Part shown: piece after piece, positions 30,571 through 34,110 of the stretch
Layout: each line of letters opens with the position of its first letter
Position numbering within the stretch: position 1 is the first letter of the stretch
Source of the DNA: a virus
DNA: 34,110 nt
IMG/VR virus record: IMGVR_UViG_3300032117_000096
Strand: one strand, 5' to 3'
Program-made: the position numbers and the translations under genes
Notes under the pieces: generated by a model
The model's database searches: none
Seen by the model: only the letters and a program-made list of their open reading frames with translations
Told to the model about the DNA's origin: nothing

Positions 30571-32438
30571 CGCTTTAGTTCAATGATTGTTAATGATCGG
30601 TTGGAACACGTAGTCTGTATATTTAAGTAAAAAGAATTTGCTCCTCCTGGGAGTAAAGTAGAGAAAGTAAGCTGTCCGCTTACATTAATGGTGCTCCCTG
30701 TGACTGTGAATAAGCATGGGCACTGATAAATAGTTGTCGAGTCTATTACGATAAAGAGATTCGGGGAAGGCTGTAATTCGGTAGGAATCGTGCCATTAAT
30801 CGTGCAGCAGAACTGAATTAAAACATTTCCGGTGACGTTTGTGTAATTAACGCTTTGAGCAGTAAGTGTAGAGCCATCGCTATTCAACAGCGTTCCCGCT
30901 GTGTAGGCGGAGGCTATCCCTGTAACTGCTCCTGTTGATATCTGGGTGGTTCCAGTACTGCCAGAAATCAGTAATTGGCCGTTAATCTTCACTTGACCGC
31001 CTTCAACCTGAAAGGTTGCTGACGTTGCACCTGGTTTTATTATTTCAAAGTCGTCCGCATTTATCTTGAACGTCGAATAATTGCTGCCATTATTCATGAC
31101 AAACCCAGACACATACCCGTTAACGTCAAGCTTTACGCCATACAACGCCTGAAGTCCATTTATAGACGACCCGTATGTCGATAGGGTTGTCGTATGCCCT
31201 GAAACGGTTGTGCTTAACGTAGAGACTGTGCTGGATATCGCTGAATCCCCGCTTGCCCTTGCAGATGCTTCATTAATAATTGAAGCCGAATTTGTGTTTA
31301 TTTGGCCTTCAGGGCTGTAGGTTGTTGCAGGAAGTGTTCCCTGCTCAATCTTCGGCATTCGAAACCCAACAGACGTGATTGTTCCTGACGCAACCATCAC
31401 GAATCTACCGACCATATAGTTCGACCCTGACGGAGCTGTTACCTGTATCGCTATGGCGCTTCGATGGGAATTATCCATCGAGAAGTTATGATAGCCGTAC
31501 AGATCGCTCTGAGGCCCGTCGAGGAGAAGCGTTCCTGAACCATTATAAAACTGAAGATCGAAATACACATGATCTTCAGCAGGGTTGGTGGTGAACAGCA
31601 AACTGTCGCCACTAATGACGTATGGTTGCGTTGCGAAGCAAGGGATATTAGGGGTAGATGCCAGCATTAAGGTCCCGTTTCCCGACGTATTGGAGGTCAT
31701 GACGTTTCCCCACCCATTTATCGAGACCGCCATACCGTAACCGGCAGGTATCCATTGATCTACGTCTGGACACAGGTTTGGCCGAGATATAACCGAAGCG
31801 GAAAGGGTTGAGACTGTGCTGGATATCGCTGAATCTGCCGATGCTCTTGCCGTTGATTCTGCTGATACATTGGCTGCTGTTGCCGCAAGCCCTGTTGTTG
31901 GATTATTTACCTGAGCGGATAGAGTTGTAACCGTACTGGATATCGCTGAATCATTAGTCGCCAGCGTAGTAAGCGTTGTGCTTATTGTTGAAACGCTCTG
32001 ATTAAACGTTGATTGTAGAAGATTTATCTGTTCCGCAGTTGAACTTCTCAGATCAACGAGAGCGGACTGTATATCCATTATTCCGGCTGTGTTTCCATTC
32101 AATCCAGCCGTAACAACACTAATCTTCCGCGCAAACGATTCGGATGTTGTTTGAAGGGTAGTCTGCCATGTCTGAATACTTGCGCCATACTTGTTTGCAT
32201 AAGCTGCCAGTGAATCAAATAACGACTGAAGGCTGGTTCCGAGAGTGTTTATCTGATTCAGAATGCCCAAAACAACAGGATCGTTTGCCGATACCGAGCT
32301 TGTTGTTGTCGTTGAGTTAGATGAGGAATTGATGGCATCTATTGACGTTTGGATGTTGTCAAGCTGATCATTTATCCCTGTCAATGCGTTTGTGAACGTC
32401 AACTGATCGTATTCTTTTGGGATATATGGCAGAATCAT
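30567..32438 (-). CDS. Tail fibre protein
   Basis: 623 aa with a coiled-coil-like, Ser/Thr-rich N-terminal half. It carries three copies of the module ..(A)RAS.DSAISSTVSTLS.. and a beta-rich C-terminal domain. A chaperone gene follows. Confidence 0.75.
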   Translation of the reverse strand: MILPYIPKEYDQLTFTNALTGINDQLDNIQTSIDAINSSSNSTTTTSSVSANDPVVLGILNQINTLGTSLQSLFDSLAAYANKYGASIQTWQTTLQTTSESFARKISVVTAGLNGNTAGIMDIQSALVDLRSSTAEQINLLQSTFNQSVSTISTTLTTLATNDSAISSTVTTLSAQVNNPTTGLAATAANVSAESTARASADSAISSTVSTLSASVISRPNLCPDVDQWIPAGYGMAVSINGWGNVMTSNTSGNGTLMLASTPNIPCFATQPYVISGDSLLFTTNPAEDHVYFDLQFYNGSGTLLLDGPQSDLYGYHNFSMDNSHRSAIAIQVTAPSGSNYMVGRFVMVASGTITSVGFRMPKIEQGTLPATTYSPEGQINTNSASIINEASARASGDSAISSTVSTLSTTVSGHTTTLSTYGSSINGLQALYGVKLDVNGYVSGFVMNNGSNYSTFKINADDFEIIKPGATSATFQVEGGQVKINGQLLISGSTGTTQISTGAVTGIASAYTAGTLLNSDGSTLTAQSVNYTNVTGNVLIQFCCTINGTIPTELQPSPNLFIVIDSTTIYQCPCLFTVTGSTINVSGQLTFSTLLPGGANSFYLNIQTTCSNRSLTIIELKR

Positions 32439-33931
32439 CGTGACCCTCGCTGAACAACATTTGCACGCAAAACTCCAATACTGAAATCAGCATCCGTAAC
32501 ACCATCAACACGAATAGCCATTTGCCTGGCAGTTACTCTTAAATCTATTTTCCCATTACTTACCTGATAAGATGGTGTGGACTGCATGGGCGCTGTTGGG
32601 TACATGGAGTATTTTATCGTGTAGGTCAGTATATCCGCTCCAACTGTAAGCTCGTCCGGAATTAACCTGTCAACCATCATGACATTGTCTCCTTCCGAAA
32701 TTTCATTTGGAGCTGACTGTAAATACGGGATTAACGAACCAATACCACTCGAACCGCTCAGTGAGCCATTCTCATGCTCATAAATGACTCCTGCGTCATC
32801 TGAAAGTATCGCATTATCAAATACTGAAGATGTGTTCCAGGCTCCTCGAGTAAGACTTCCAATACTCCATAGATTGTCTGTTATTGACCATACAACGTAT
32901 TTGTTTGGTATGATTGAGGCCGTGCTCGAAAAAAACCACCAAACCTCATTATATTTTTCCTGGTATCCTCCAAATGTATAGGATTCATAGCCTGGATAGA
33001 TGTTGTTTGATATGAACCCATTTACAGGGTTATCTATCTGCATGTACTGACCGTTCCATGTGCCGATTCCGGTTTTGCTTAACCAGCAAAGAAAGTTTGG
33101 GGTACATACCACCGATCTGTTTGATAATGGAGAATCATACTTGTTTACAATGGTTTTTATGCCATAGACAAGCGTTCCTCCGACAAAATTTACCCTGTAA
33201 ACGGCTGAAGACGAGAAAATGTAAATATTACCATTCCAGTTTACAGCGTTATTGATATCATCTTCGCCAGGAATTGAAAGGCTTCCTGATAAGGTCGTTG
33301 CAGTTACATTCCAGTTGGTATAATCCTCTCTATCTGACCACTGGATCTTCCCTTTATTCCCAAGAGGACAGATTGCAAACAGGAATCTTTCGTCCGATGT
33401 GATACTCCATGACACACCATTTGGCGCATTTGGACATGTTGTAAGAATTGATGCTCCGGATGGAAGGATATAAATATTTCCATCACTTGTACAGCTCATT
33501 ACTAGAGTTGTACCGAAGGAACTGAAAGCATATGCGTAGGCTGTTGGAGAAAAAAGAGCGCTTGGAGTTGTTCTTGCGCTGCCATAATTTCCTGTTCCAT
33601 ACATTCCAGTACCATAGCCGACCGCTGTAAGTGTTCCTGTTGTTGGTGGCGTAAATCCGGATGGCGTTATATCGGTTAATGTTCCGTCGTATCGGTAAAC
33701 ATTTGATGTTGTTCCGATTATCAGCACGGGCAACTCTCCTATAGGATAAGAGTAAAGCCCTATTATCTGACCAGATATTGTCCCGTTAAAAAGAACAGTC
33801 CATCCCCCAATAGGGTGCGCTCTGCTATTTATCCACCTGACAAGATTGCTGTCAATCCATTGGCCCTTGTTACTGTAATCAGTGCCAACTTTAACAACAC
33901 CTGGTGTTGGCGTTATTGGAACTAATGCCAT
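32435..33931 (-). CDS. Tail structural protein, nozzle/tubular-protein candidate (T7 gp12-equivalent position)
   Basis: 498 aa. MALVPITPTPGVVKVGTDYSNKGQWIDSNLVRWINSRAHPIGGWT is followed by many short beta-strand/Gly-turn units that look propeller-like. The function is inferred from position. Confidence 0.4.
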   Translation of the reverse strand: MALVPITPTPGVVKVGTDYSNKGQWIDSNLVRWINSRAHPIGGWTVLFNGTISGQIIGLYSYPIGELPVLIIGTTSNVYRYDGTLTDITPSGFTPPTTGTLTAVGYGTGMYGTGNYGSARTTPSALFSPTAYAYAFSSFGTTLVMSCTSDGNIYILPSGASILTTCPNAPNGVSWSITSDERFLFAICPLGNKGKIQWSDREDYTNWNVTATTLSGSLSIPGEDDINNAVNWNGNIYIFSSSAVYRVNFVGGTLVYGIKTIVNKYDSPLSNRSVVCTPNFLCWLSKTGIGTWNGQYMQIDNPVNGFISNNIYPGYESYTFGGYQEKYNEVWWFFSSTASIIPNKYVVWSITDNLWSIGSLTRGAWNTSSVFDNAILSDDAGVIYEHENGSLSGSSGIGSLIPYLQSAPNEISEGDNVMMVDRLIPDELTVGADILTYTIKYSMYPTAPMQSTPSYQVSNGKIDLRVTARQMAIRVDGVTDADFSIGVLRANVVQRGSR

Positions 33932-34110
33932 TTATGCAGTCCTCTGCCAGATATAGACCGTTATAAAAGGTGGAAGATTCGCTCCAGCCGCTGATACTCC
34001 TTGAATATCGCTTGTCGCAGCATGCGTATGCGAACCGGCATTGCTGGTATTTGTCGTATTTGTGTTCAATCCCTGCACGGCAACACCTGCTCCGGCATTA
34101 CCCTGAACCT
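33932..34110 (-). CDS. C-terminal end of the collar-type tail fibre gene whose start is at 689 (33984..34110 duplicates 1..127)
   Basis: In-frame manual reading across the junction gives ...DIQGVSAAG-ANLPPFITVYIWQRTA-TAA (stop at 33932-33934). The next gene's ATG (33931) follows directly. Confidence 0.8.
   Translation of the reverse strand, partial: VQGNAGAGVAVQGLNTNTTNTSNAGSHTHAATSDIQGVSAAGANLPPFITVYIWQRTA
33984..34110. repeat. Terminal direct repeat, copy 2 of 2 (identical to 1..127)
   Basis: See copy 1. Confidence 0.95.

Noticed and set aside
1-34110. Stop-codon reassignment, DGR, CRISPR array, integrase/att site, toxin-antitoxin pair
   Set aside because: Standard-code ORFs tile nearly the whole genome, so no recoding is needed. 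No reverse-transcriptase motif or template/variable repeat pair was seen. No spacer-repeat array is present. No tyrosine or serine recombinase signature was found in any frame I read. I recognised no TA family among the small ORFs, although many remain unassigned.

Overview
The window is a complete tailed dsDNA phage genome assembled as a circle. Bases 1-127 are identical to 33984-34110, so the unique length is 33,983 bp, and one tail-fibre gene reads in frame across the window ends. Gene content is podovirus-like: there is no tape-measure, tail-tube or sheath gene. The late gene order is terS, terL, portal, scaffold, P22-type coat, adaptor-like protein, collar-type fibre, nozzle-like protein, long fibre, fibre chaperone, then three low-complexity internal virion proteins, the last with an N-terminal lytic transglycosylase. 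Three transcription blocks are visible. (i) A late block on the minus strand runs from 7851 leftwards, across the junction, to a lysis cassette ending at 20179. (ii) An early block on the minus strand runs from 19603 to 10786 and holds an ERF annealase, a Gp157-like protein, a MazG-like protein, RusA, a DUF1376 replication protein and many small ORFs coupled by ATGA/TAATG overlaps. (iii) A five-gene plus-strand cassette at 8051-10725 carries an IbrA/IbrB-like pair (PP-loop PAPS-reductase-family protein plus ParB/sulfiredoxin-domain protein). I found no integrase, repressor, DNA polymerase, primase/helicase, reverse transcriptase, tRNA or CRISPR array. The most unusual items are: the IbrA/IbrB-like cassette of unknown biochemistry; a 204-aa protein made almost entirely of eleven 15-aa (45-bp) tandem repeats; an acidic (Gly-X)n micro-protein encoded by a hexanucleotide-periodic tract open in all three minus frames and probably two plus frames; a Ser/Thr/Asp-rich 581-aa repeat protein in the tail region; an opposite-strand membrane-protein moron inside the late operon; a chimeric gene remnant recording a replication-module swap; and a switch-like region with overlapping divergent promoters and a short plus-strand unit that runs into a strong terminator. 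All functional calls come from motif recognition by eye; no database search was run.
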